From Auanema rhodensis (Eukaryota > Animalia > Nematoda): a DNA stretch of 64,000 bases. The DNA lies in contig OZ059899.1 in the NCBI GenBank assembly GCA_964057225.1, forward strand, positions 8,370,001 through 8,434,000. Reading direction: 5' to 3'. Every line of letters starts with the position of its first letter. Position 1 is the stretch's first letter. Below, piece after piece: positions 17,101 through 30,083 of the stretch. The position numbers were made by a program, and so were the translations under genes. The notes beneath the pieces were generated by a model, which ran no database searches, was not told the DNA's origin, and saw nothing but the letters and a program-made list of their open reading frames with translations.

Positions 17101-17321
17101 TAGTCATCTTTCTTTAACAGGAAATGTTTTCTTATGATTTTCATTTTGATATATTCGTCTCCTCTATGTTCTTTTCCATATATATATATTTTGAAATTCT
17201 GAATTTTTAAGTTTTTTTCATTGCTGTATGAAAATATAACAAATAAGAAAAATTACGTTGTGAAAATCTATCAAAAACACCGAGCAAAGTTAATGTACAT
17301 ATGTATTATGTGATACTGATT

Positions 17322-17375
<54 letters not shown>

Positions 17376-20300
17376 TATATATATAGATATATATATCATT
17401 CATATTCCAGAAGTCGTCTGTATATATTTTTTAATTTTGAAATTTGTGGATCGAAATCATGTAAATGACAGAAATATTTTCAAGCTCTAGCTTTAGCTAA
17501 TAGAGACAGAACTATTGTTCAGCTGCTTCTCAATACCTTGCTTTACGAATTTTTTTTTCATTCGGAAACTTAACCGTTTCCATGCAATGTCGTGAAAAAA
17601 GTTTCAAATATTTTTTCTTAACTGCACAACAACCTCAAATTAAACTAAATTATGCGTTACTCTACCATTGGATTCGAAGAACCACGACGATTACCTGGTG
17701 GGTTTAACCAGATTTATATATAATTTTTCAATTTATTGAATAATGGTTTTGATAAAGTAATTCAACTTTTTTAATGATATTTTTTGGTTTTTTTTTCTTC
17801 CCATAATTCACAATTATTTAAATTTATTTTGATGACAGAAAGTGGATAAAATGATATTTTCATATATACATTTTCTGTTTCTGTATGAATAATGTTTATT
17901 TCACCCAATGAGATTAATAAAAGAAAATTTCAAAAGAATATTCAGTTTTTTCGGCAGTGGAATGGATTATTATGAGTTTATTTTTACTATTCCTGAAAGA
18001 TTTATACCTAATTTTTCATGAATTCAAAAGAAAGTATCTATTGAACCAGACCAGTTTTGTTTTCAGGTTTTGTTGAACTACCTAAGTTTGGTCAAAAAGG
18101 TTTTTTTTGGAAAACCCCTTTTTTCAAATAAAATATTCTGTTCATGTTCAGTTTTCAAGCAAAAGCTAAATAATGTGTGATAATGTTCTAAATAAAATCG
18201 AGACAATCTTAAAAAATTCAATTGTTTTTCTTTTGAAAACGTTTTATGATCCAAGCAAAATAAAGAAAAAATAATCATGGAAACTGCTATTTTGTATTCC
18301 AAAAAAGAAAATATTGTTCTAGTATTCAACTTCATATCCTATATTCTAGAATTTTTAAGTTTGAAAAGAAAAGATACAGAGGGATGTAGATATTCGGAAG
18401 CTTTTCGATAAATAAAAGACTTTCTTTTTATTATAATGTGGCCATTTGATACAATTTTTTGTTGTTTATCCTGTTTTTTGAATGTTTGATAATAATAATA
18501 TTCATAAGCGATAACTTTTACAATTGAAAAAATCATGAAATTAAACAAGAAGCTGTAAATGGATTAAATTTGGTTCAGGTATAGGAATTTCATTTAATTA
18601 ATTTAATAAATATTTAATAAATTACATAATTTTTATAAAAATTTGTTCTATAATTGTAAATTTATTTGTAATGTACATGGACTCATTAGATATCTTCTGC
18701 TCGTTCTCATAAATCTTTTGACTGATTGAAGATGTCATTAAACAATTTAACCAATACACACTTTGTTACATTCATTTTTTTTTCAAAATTACAATAGAAC
18801 TTGAACAGAAGAAGTTCTCTCGAGATTATTGGAAAAAAAAATGAACATTATATGAATATATTATAGTCGATGTATGTATCTTTGTCATAGCTTCAAGAAC
18901 TTTATGTCTTTGTTCATTTATTTTTAATAATTGAGTTTGTAATAATATAAGATAAAGTGATTTCAAAGAATATTAATCAATATTCTGTTTTTTTCTGTTA
19001 ATATTATATGTATTTTCAGGTATTCAAATGGATGAACGGGTTGTGTTGAATGTGGGAGGTGTTCGACATGAAACGTATCAAGCAACACTCAAAAAAATTC
19101 CAGCTACACGATTAAGCAGGTTTACAAAATTTTAATAAATATAAAATAAATATAATTAAATTTAACAATTTTAGGCTGACACCTTCATTAGCAAATTTTG
19201 ATCCACTGCTAAATGAATATTTTTTTGATAGGCATCCTGCGGTATTTGCACAGGTTTTTACTAGTTGTTTCCATTCTAAAATATATGCATTACTTGATAC
19301 TATTTGATATCAGAAGCTCTTTCAAAGATCAAAAGTTCATTTTCTTACCATAAAACATTTTTTTCAGGTTCTTAATTACTATAGAACTGGAAAGTTACAT
19401 TATCCGACTGACGTATGCGGCCCATTATTTGAAGAAGAGTTACATTATTGGGGTTTAGATGCATCAGATACTGAGCCATGCTGTTGGATGCAGCTTTTAC
19501 ATGCAAAGTACTATTAAACGTTTCTTTTATTTCTTGTCATTTTACAAAGAAAAAATCCGATAACTTTTAATTGTTTGCTCTTGCTTTAGAGACACACAGG
19601 AGACTTTAGCTGTGCTAGATAGAATGGATGTTGATAATCGAGAAGAAGATCCGCAATTAAGGGAACAAGATGTGATGAAAAAGTTTGGATGGGAAGAAGA
19701 TTATTTCCAAGTAAATTAAAATCATGACAACAATTAATTAATATGTTATATTATTAAGGGAAAACGAACAAAGTGGATGCATCTTAAACCTAGGATATGG
19801 GGATTATTCGATGAACCATACTCATCACAATCAGCAAAAGTATGTGTGATTAGTTTTAGTAAATTAATCTTATTGATACAATATATATTCAGATTATAGC
19901 TGGCATTTCTGTTTTCTTCATATTTATCTCAATTTTATCATTTTGTTTGAAAACACATCCAAGATTTCGTATACCGATTCTGGAAAACGTCAATGGTACA
20001 TACAAGGGACAGTCATATCAGGGAGTACTAAGACAAACAACGGAACCTCATATAGCTTTTAGTCAAGTAATCAATTATTTTTTTTTTAAAATAAATAAAA
20101 TATTAATAAAATATATTTTAGATAGAATTAGTATGTAATATATGGTTTACATTTGAGCTAATTGTTCGATTTGTCTTCTGTCCAAGTCGTTGTGGTTTTT
20201 TAAAATCTCCTTTAAATATTATAGATTTAGTAAGATATCTTTTTTTCTACTTTTAAATTTTCATTTTTATTCTTCAGGTAGCAACTCTTTCATTTTATGC

Positions 20301-21394
20301 TGATGCTATTTTCATTCGATTATGGGCAGATGCTCCTAAAGATGTTATGGAATTTCTATCAATGATTCGGCAAGTTCAACAAATTTTCATATGAAGTTAT
20401 ATAGTATATATACCATACATATACATATATGACAAACGAATTCAATACAAATTGACTGAAAATGTTATTTTCAGCATATTCCGATTGTTCAAGTTAACAC
20501 AACATCATAGAGGACTTCAAATTCTCATACATACATTTAGAGCTAGTGCCAAAGAATTAATTCTTTTGGTATGAAAAAGTGGTTTTTTCAATACTTGAAA
20601 AGTCGAATTTTCAGGTTTTCTTCTTAATTCTTGGTATTGTTATATTTGCTGCCTTGGTTTACTATGCTGAAAAGCTAGAAGTCAATCCTGATAATCAATT
20701 CCAGTCTATACCAATCGGCCTATGGTGGGCTATTTGTACAATGACAACTGTAAGTTTATAGAAATTACTAGCAATAATTAGATTAAAATAATTTGGTATA
20801 GGTTGGATACGGTGACATGACTCCACACACATCGTTTGGCCGACTTGTTGGCTCTCTATGTGCTGTTATGGGTGTACTTACTATAGCTTTACCGGTTCCA
20901 GTTATTGTTTCCAATTTTGCAATGTTCTATTCTCATACTCAAGCTAGGGATAAACTACCAAAAAAGAGAAGACGTGTATTAGGTGTTGACCAGGTATTAC
21001 AAGATATATATTTGAAAATAAACAAATAAACAATTAGATTCGATTACAAGCTAGACGTCATGCACAAGTTATGGATACAAATCCTGTTGGTATACGAAGA
21101 AATAATTTACCTGTGGTTATGGGTATTATTTTAATTAGTAAACACATAATTATTTCTTTAAGCTATTCCAGATCGTTTGAATAGTGATGATTTAGCTGAT
21201 TCACCACCGAAACAAAACTCCCCTCCTTGTTGCAGTGATAAAGAAAAGCTTGTGGAGACGTCATCGAGTAGTAGATTATATTTCTTGGATATATCAAATA
21301 ATATGTAATTTAAGGTTCTGAATCCAATGGAGTTGATACTGTAGTAAAAATGGATGGGCGATCGTTGAATGCAACAACAACCGTAATCGCATAA
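14184..21394 (+). CDS. egl-36: Shaw (Kv3) voltage-gated K+ channel; first coding exon 14184-14253, a 4.77-kb intron, then about 14 exons from 19020 to 21394
   Basis: T1 domain [30 protein letters not shown]...FFDRHP...[22 protein letters not shown]...EPCCW. S4 [13 protein letters not shown], pore TMTT|VGYGD, S6 [10 protein letters not shown]. The upstream exon [23 protein letters not shown] joins in frame (phase 1) and resembles the recalled EGL-36 N-terminus. Confidence 0.93.
14979..15101. repeat. Compound (TA)n and (CA)n microsatellite in egl-36 intron 1
   Basis: Imperfect TA run at about 14979-15040, followed by a CA/CATA run at about 15058-15101. Confidence 0.9.
17326..17396. repeat. (TA)n microsatellite in egl-36 intron 1
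   Basis: TA run with two GA interruptions. Confidence 0.95.
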
Positions 21395-22033
21395 AATATT
21401 TATTTTATGAAGAAGATGTGATTTTATTGTTATAAAAGGTATGATTTATATAAATTTAATTATAATTCATATCACGTTGTATGTAAAGAATAATATGAAT
21501 AAATCAACCGTTCAGGAAAGCTGCAAAATGCAAATGATGAGAAGTTTACTCGTAACACGTGGAATTGACGCGAAATTCTAATTTCAACACGTTAAATAGA
21601 GAAAAAAAAACTGAAATAGAAGGTTTATATATTTATTACAAATTTATTTACTGTTATTTTTTCTTTGAAATTTATTTAATAATTCATTTATTTTTTTTGT
21701 TTGATAGAAAATGAGAGAGAGAGAGAGAGTATTTAAGAGATTTGAAGAAAAAATATCAATTGATGATTATAATAATAGTGAATACATAATCATGAATGTA
21801 TAGATAGTATAATCAAAATTGCTCAATTTGTCATCAAAATTTTGTGTCTTTTGAACAGATTTCTCAAAAATCATTTTTTTCCTATGAAAAGGTTGTGACT
21901 ATGAATTTCATGAAAAAACTTCTTTCAGTGTCTTTTACTTCATAAAATATCTAAATTGTGATTTTTTAAAAGTTTTATTTGAATAGTAATATATTAAAAT
22001 TAAATTTATTATTACTATTACTATTATTAAATA

Positions 22034-22064
<31 letters not shown>

Positions 22065-22607
22065 ATTTTTTAAATTCTTGTTTGTTTTTTGTATTTAAAA
22101 ATTAGAATAATATTATGCAAACAATCAGAGCATAAACATATCGTTCCGATGGTTCTGAGAGACATTTATTTATTATTAATTTAATTTTTTATCAAACTTA
22201 TTAACATACGACTTCTTTGACCTTTATATTTTTTTAATTTAATTATTTAAGAACAAAATTAATTTCTCATTTGAATTACTTTTTTGCCTTTATTTTACTG
22301 GTAAAACTTCATGTCTCTGAAGTATTTAATGATGATTAACTATTAAAATTGTGTTATATAATACTTCTTTTTATAAATGTATATATGTTTTGTGAGATAA
22401 ATGAAAGATATATGCCATAATTATAATAATTATATCAATTATACTTGAATAAATGGTTTTTTATCATAATATTTCCCGTAACTTTATTAGCAAGATTATA
22501 GCAATTTTTTTGAGCATAAAGTTGAAGAAAAAGTAAAATTACAATAAAAAAACATCTATGCGTTCACATTTTTCTTCTTCCTTCATATAACTTGTGAATG
22601 AGATTCT

Positions 22608-23319
22608 TTAAAAACGCGAATCAGCATCCCATCGCTTCTTACAATCCCATGCATAAGCAGCTGTTGCCCAAAGTGAAAAGAACTGCAAAAATGAATATAT
22701 TAAAATAGTAATTTAGAATAATAAAAAATCAGGATATGCTGGATGATTTAGTGATAATATATAACAAATTACTGATTTACCATTGGAAGTAGCCAACTAG
22801 CTATGAATTGTGATGTCATAAGTGCCACAAATATAAGAATGGAACTGATAGCATACATCAAAGATGCTAAGGAAGTTAGGAATTTCTCCTAAAAATAGGA
22901 TTGTTATAAATCGTTTTCTCCGAATCTCTCACCAAAAGAGGAAAGTTGTACTTGTAATACGAATCCATGATGCCTAACAAATTGCAGAACGCTAATAAAG
23001 TAGTTGTGACAACAAAGAACACATTGACACATATGATGGAGAAAATTTGGGGAAACGCATGTATTCTAGAATCTTATGATAAAAATCAAAATTTCACTTT
23101 GAAACAATTACCTATATGTGCAATATCCCCACAGTGAATTGGGAAAACAATAGGAATTGAAGAATGCTGTGGCGATTCCAAAGAACTTAAATTGGTAACT
23201 TAGCTTAAATTCAAGGAAAATGATGAACTCACAATTTGAACAAGCTTCAAACGATTGGACCAATCTTCTAAAAATCCCCGATTAAGACGAATTGGAGGTC
23301 CACTATAATCTCCGGACAT
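22608..23319 (-). CDS. Small (about 150 aa) four-transmembrane protein, MARVEL-domain-like; 5 exons
   Basis: Spliced translation: MSGDYSGPPIRLNRGFLEDWSNRLKLVQI|FFGIATAFFNSYCFPNSLWGYCTYR|IHAFPQIFSIICVNVFFVVTTTLLAFCNLLGIMDSYYKYNFPLL|EKFLTSLASLMYAISSILIFVALMTSQFIASWLLPM|FFSLWATAAYAWDCKKRWDADSRF*. It has four hydrophobic segments, an N-terminal FL..xxxLKLVQI pattern and a C-terminal AAY.D pattern, as in MARVEL proteins. Not shown in the ORF track because all exons are short. Confidence 0.75.
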
Positions 23320-25591
23320 GTTGAAATCCTGAATGATTCATGAGAATTCAATTTACAATAAAACACATTACTACACAGAGCAGAAATGAAATAAAAACAT
23401 TTTTTTTTCGAAAAAAAAAACAAAAAATTAGAAAATAGTTATGAATGAATACTGAAGCTTCAAATTACGTAGTGTAAGCTTCGGTGAGCTGGTTTGGAAT
23501 ATATGAGAAAATGTGCTTATTTGAAAATGGCTATAAGAAGATGAAGAAAGAAGTAGACAGAGAGAAAGAGAAAGAAATAGAGAAAGAAAACAATGAGATG
23601 GAGGGTGAGAACGATTGAGAGAAACAATGAGCTAAGAAGGAAAAAAAACGATCGGATGTCATGAGAAATGGAATTTTCAAAGTTTGGGTATCATAAGGCA
23701 CTTAAGATTGGCTGTTGATCCGTTATTTAAGAAGATGTGAAGACATACGATTCATTTCTTATTTTAGATGATAGACAGCAAGCGGAATTGGATAAGCAAT
23801 GACCAGGAAAAGAGTAATTAAGTAGCTCGAAGATGGTGTGAGTGATGGGAGGAGAATGAGGCTATGCCTTAATGGCCATTATTGAATCTTGATAGGATTT
23901 ACGAAAAATTTTATTAAAATATTATATAATCTATTACTTCTTATAAATAAACAAAAATCTTGATTTATATTATTTTCATATTAATAGTTGTTAAGTTCAT
24001 TTCAAAAGAAATTAAATTAAAAAATTATATTATGATATTATCACAAAGAAACAACTGCAATAATCACTAATAAGTTAATTATATCTATTGATAAGAAATA
24101 TATTTTTGAACAAAAACTTGAAAGATAGGCACGAAGTATCAGAAAATATTTACATGATATGGGTCATATGGTTTTTTTTCTTAAGAAAGTAAAAAAAAGT
24201 AGCTCTTTGATATGAAAAGAGCAACGTTTTCTAAATATTAAGGAAATAATCGATACTGCTTTAGCTAGGTTGAGAAAAAAAGTTGCAAATCACTGTCCAA
24301 GCATCTCATATAACTTCCGGATGCTGATCAGCTATATGCTGAAGTGTATGAAATGAATTTGTAGAGAAAATTATGAATGCGGATATATAAGTATGTACAT
24401 TTACATAGTTTATGTAGGTGCCATAAACTAATGTTCAAAAATACTTAACTATTTGAATAGTTAGAAAAAGAAATCAATATCTATTATATTATTTTGAAAC
24501 CTTATTGCTATCTGTTTTAGGCATGATAAGGACGATAACCCTTAATAGATGAACAGCTGGCAGCTATTATATGCTTCTTGAGCTATAACTGAATTGACCG
24601 AAAAGAATAGGATAAGCATTAGAACGATTATAAAATAATTATTTATATTGATAATTAGATGAAATATTGAATATATGTAACTGATTTATTATTTATATTT
24701 GGTTATAAGAAGATAACCATTTTAAATACATACTATATGATATAAAAATGGTTATTTCACAATGTGAAACATACATACTTCATAAAATAGAACAGAGAAA
24801 TCGCAACAATGTATAAGTATATAGAACCAACGTAGACTATAACTACACATGCATACCTAATAAGCTAAGTTATACACGGCTATGACCATGTATGACCAGA
24901 GGGCAAACTGGCCAAAAGAGGGGGGGCATAAAGATATAGAGTATAAGTAGATAGAGCTCGGAAATATGCGAGAATGAGAGAATAGAATGAGTTCGGAAGA
25001 AAGGATGGGGTCGAGTGGAACAACCTTCATGCTTGATGTTAGTTGGTTGGAAGCTAACCCTGCAACTATTGCTTCCTATAGCTGGTCATAATGAATTAGT
25101 GATGAGCACGTGTATGCAATTTGATGAAACGGACCTCATTTCACATATATGTGTATATATAGTATATATGTATAATCCATAGAATGGCAAGCGTTATAAT
25201 ATAAATTTATGTTAATGGCAGGGAAGAAGCAATTATTTAATTAAATTTCTCAATGTGTTACTACTTTTAATATAATTAGAAAAAAAAGTAGTAAACATAC
25301 ATACATGTATGCAAATGACAGAAATATTATTAATTAAAACTTATGAAGTTTTAAATTTTAAATTTATAACTTTAATTCTTTATTTTTTAAAATTTATATA
25401 TCTTTATATATTTTATTTAATGTTTCGGAAAAAATTATATTTATATTTGAATAAAAAAATATTTATGGAACAGCTCTTATGAATGAATGTAATTAGTAAA
25501 TGAATGATTGAGTGAGAGAACGAATGATAAGAAAAACAAATAAATTACTTTCTAATGATAAAATATTTATTTTATTTACATTAATATATAC

Positions 25592-25622
<31 letters not shown>

Positions 25623-26639
25623 TATACATTTTTCAAAATATATAATTATATTCTATTAACATAATATATGAATATAATATTTGTTTTAATTGAAAATGAA
25701 ATGAAAATGATATTTATTAAGAACATAATATCTTGATATTATAAAATATTTTTATATTTGAATCAATACGCAATAAATATGAAAATATACGTCTTCCTTA
25801 TACAAATAGATGACTAAGTTTTATATTTGAAGGAAAAAAAGGAAAGATCACCATCTGAATCATATTCAATCATTTGTGAGGTCTTTTCACAGCTTCTTCT
25901 ATCAACAGAGGTCGAACATGTGTAAATGAATGTGGATGATATATTTCTTTTTATAATCAAACTCAATAAAAATAGTTTTTCTTTGATATGTTTGTCATGA
26001 ATATGTATTATTCAATGATAAATACTATATTTCTTAATATTATTATTATTTTTTGTTATATTCCTTAACAAATTTTCAAATAATAAAAATCAAATAATAA
26101 ACTATCAAAAGTATATTCAATATACGTTCATATAATATGTAATATTATGTTCTGATTAATATTCAGATAAATCTATCAAAAACGTGAATGAAAAATCAAA
26201 ATTGACGTCATAGATACTTATAAATATCATTTACTTATTATTTTCATTTCATTAATAGCATTTGCATTTTATTTCCAAGTAATTTATTTTTACGGAAAAT
26301 TTCCTAATATTGTTAGAATTTAATTAAGATTCATACAAACATAATTTAAGGTATTTCATAAACATACATACATAGATGTATATGCATGAAGTTGAAAACG
26401 TAGCCGTAATTTTCCAAATACTGCAACCTTCCAAACGGAAAGATGATGGAAAAAGAATGATGAATATAAAAAAATATGTAAAACAATGATAATCGTATAA
26501 TCGGATTGATAGTTGATGAGAGTTATATGAAACCTTCTATATACATAGCTATTTTCTACCATTTTATCATTTTAACATAGTTATAAATATATTTTTCATT
26601 TCTTTCTTTAAGGTATTCTATATTTAGATTAGTGATCTT

Positions 26640-26641
<2 letters not shown>

Positions 26642-26676
<35 letters not shown>
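26642..26676. repeat. (TA)n microsatellite just upstream of an SLC4 exon acceptor
   Basis: Perfect TA run. Confidence 0.93.
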
Positions 26677-26679
<3 letters not shown>

Positions 26680-26686
26680 ACAGGAA

Positions 26687-29600
26687 ATGTTCTCCCTCAT
26701 ATATCGAGAAGAAAATACGATTCCTTTAAAAAACTTTCAAACTGAAATTCGAGGTCTTTTGGATGTGAAACATCTCATAGCGGATGCTGTCATCCATACG
26801 AAGGTAGAAGAAACTGATCTTCAATCAATAATAAGACAGTAACTTAAAATGTAATTTCAAAAGCTTAAATCTGAAACTTTGAGCTTGCTGGAAGATATTA
26901 ACGAACTTAGATCATTTGAAAACATAACCATTTCTGGTGCTCAAGAGCTGCTTTTTTCTTCAAACAATGAACGTCAGTTAATTTTAAACTCAGAGTTTTG
27001 TTTTTATATTTATATATTTAGAAAAATTGAAAAAAATTATTCAAGGATACGAAAAAGATAACTTTCACGATATTGTTCCTACTTGGTTCACAACTTTGTA
27101 ACATCATTAACATATTTTTTCAAAAAATTAATAAAATTTTATTCAAGCTGCCAATTAGAGGGATTAAAGCATCGTCAAGTTGGTATAGCTTTTTTGAAGG
27201 AGCCAACAAATTTTGGCCTTAATTTGGAAGAAATTTCCGTCATCATTCTAGTATTATCTCCACCTAACCAGGTTTTTTTACTTTTATTTATTTTTTATTT
27301 CATTCTGTTACATTTCTATAGAAAGAAACAAAGACAGCTTATGAAACTTGTAGAACGTTTGCTACGATTATTCGTGATGATAAACTTCGACTCGAATGCT
27401 CATCAACACACGATGTTATTAAAATCAAAGTAAATTTTTTTATTTGTTTATCTATATTAATTGAAATTTTCAAATAAAGGAACGGTTCTTAGAAAAAGCT
27501 AATGATCTTCGTGTAGAGGAATATCAGAATTCATTAGAGTTAATCGAAGAGGAGAAACCATCGGTTAATTCATTTTCGTAGATGTAATTCAATGTTTTTT
27601 TTAGAAAGGGAGTTGTTATTTTCCTGGCAAAGGAATAATAAAAGATTTTCGAGGAAGACTAGAACATTATAAATCAGATTTTACAGATGGTTTGTTCAAT
27701 TTTATTACTTTATATTAACAAACTTGTTCAGGTTTTAAAGATGCACGTACAATTTCCAAAGTTATTTCAACAGCTATATTTCTTGTATTTACTATTCTAC
27801 CAACGTCGATAGCATATGGAATGCTTAATGATGAAAATACAAATGGAATGATAAGTATAATAAACTGAAAACGTATAAAACTAATCTTAAAATTTATTAC
27901 TAAGGTGTTCAAAAAGTAATACTTGGACAGTGGATTGGAGGTTTAGTTTTTGGAATATTGGGAGGCCAAGCACTGTTGATCATCACTACTACTGCGCCAT
28001 TAAGTATTTATATATCAGGTATCAATATATACTATAAATGATAATATATATATACTTTTTAAAATCAGTTATATATGAAATTGCTCTTCAAAATGGATAC
28101 GACTTCTTGACTTTCTACTGTTATATAGGAATTTGGGCACAAATCTTGCTTATTCTGTATGCCATATTTCAAATTGCAGATCTTATATCAATAATTAAAA
28201 GGTTTTTTTCAAAACTTAAATCTTTTTGAACTTTTTATATTATGATAGATCTACTGAAGAAACTTTTGGATTATTTATTGCGGGTGCACTTACATATAAG
28301 GCTTTTAAAGCAGTTATAACAAGTATAAAATCAGGAAATATTATACTAATATCAAATAAAATTCTATATTTCAGATCATATTAACAGCTATTCAGGATGT
28401 TTAATAAGCAATAATACAAATATTAGCGATGATTTTGGTATAATTATGATTGAAACATGCATACATAATGAAAATAATCATATATTTTAAGATTGTAACC
28501 CATCATCCAGCTTATTATTCATTATTCTTGTATTTGGAACATTATGGCTTAGTTTAACATTTTCATCAATTCGTAAAAGTATTTTTCTTAATAAGTACAT
28601 GATTACTTGAACTAATTTTTTATTTTAAAAATGAATTCAGGATAGTACGAGAGGTTATATCTGATTATGCATTACCATTAGGTGTATGCATCATGGCTGT
28701 AATTGGAAACTTAATGTTTTATAACGTTGAAAGTAAGATTATATTCATATTTTTGGATGAAAATATATTTTTAAAATTTCAGCAACAACTTTTCCATACT
28801 ATTCGGATATGAATGATTTTCAGTTGGTTAATTTTAATGGAATTCCTAAAGAAGCTATTTTAACATCATTCTTACTTTCAATTCCGTTATCACTGCTCTT
28901 TCTCATAGATCAAGTTCTTGTTACAAAAACAGTTGATAACAAACAGCATAAGTTTGTTAATTATATTATTTCAATCTAAATTCATAAACTTAGATTGAAG
29001 AAAGGATCGGCATATCACTGGGATCTTGTTATTACAGCAATTTTAAATATTATTTTATCTCTGCTCGGATTACCATGGATGCATGCAGCTTTACCTTCAG
29101 CATTTCTTCATTTAAAGGTTTATATTGTTATTTGATATAACTATATACATATCTTAACATATGTTTATATAAAAGGACTTTTTAGGCTTTATCCGATGTA
29201 GAGGATCGGCATCATAATGGATATATTCAGGAAATGTACGTTTTTTATATTCTGAATAATTTTATTTAAAAATTAATTAAGAATTGTTAATGTACGTGAA
29301 ACACGATTGGCTGTTCTCTTAGCTCATATACTGATGATACCTATCTATTTCTGGCTTGTTCCATTCATCTCTCTTTATATTCCTACAGCTTTATTCCATG
29401 GTGGATTTGACATTTCTTTCAAATTATTACAATGATGTATTTAAGGTTTATTCTTATTTATGGCTATGAGTTCTTTAACTGGTAATGAATTTTGGGAACG
29501 AATTCTCTTGGTTATTACTGATCAAGTTCATTTTCATTTTATTTCAATTATTAACATATTATTGTTTCAGAGATCATATCCTCCGACTCATTACATTAGA

Positions 29601-29848
29601 TTAATTCCACAAAAAATAATTCACATATTCACTATTGTTGAATTGATTCAGTTAATAATATTATTTGTTGTTGGATTCTATCCTGTACCTTATGTGGAAA
29701 TGGCTTTTCCAATAGTTATCGTCTCATTCATTCCCATACGGTAGTATTTCTTATAATTAATTTTACAATTTTATATAATTTTAGTTTATTCATATTACCA
29801 TTATTCTTCCGTCGTTCATATTTGGATGTTCTTGATGGTAAACACTAA
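26687..29848 (+). CDS. SLC4-family anion transporter, SLC4A11/BTR1-like (nematode abts-2/abts-3 type); about 20 short exons, 5' end possibly incomplete
   Basis: Exon translations include [136 protein letters not shown] and SYPPTHYIR, ending DVLDGKH*. These are SLC4A11-class motifs. Confidence 0.9.
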
Positions 29849-30083
29849 TGATTGTTGTGAAAGAACTATTTGAATCAATATTAATATTTTTAGTAGTTTA
29901 GTATTATTCTTAAATATGTTGCAGCCTTTAAAAATATATTTTCTATATTATTCGAGAATGAACTCGATTCATTATTCATAGTGATGGTTTAGATGATTAT
30001 TTGATATCAGATAACATTATTGTTTTAAAAAATGGACAAAACACGAAATATTCTGCTTGTAATTTATTTGCCAATAAACCATA

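Noticed and set aside
10600-18600. Numerous 60-90 aa Phe/Ile/Leu-rich ORFs
   Set aside because: Expected by chance in T-rich intergenic or intronic DNA. There are no motifs or coherent splice structure, apart from the egl-36 exon at 14184.
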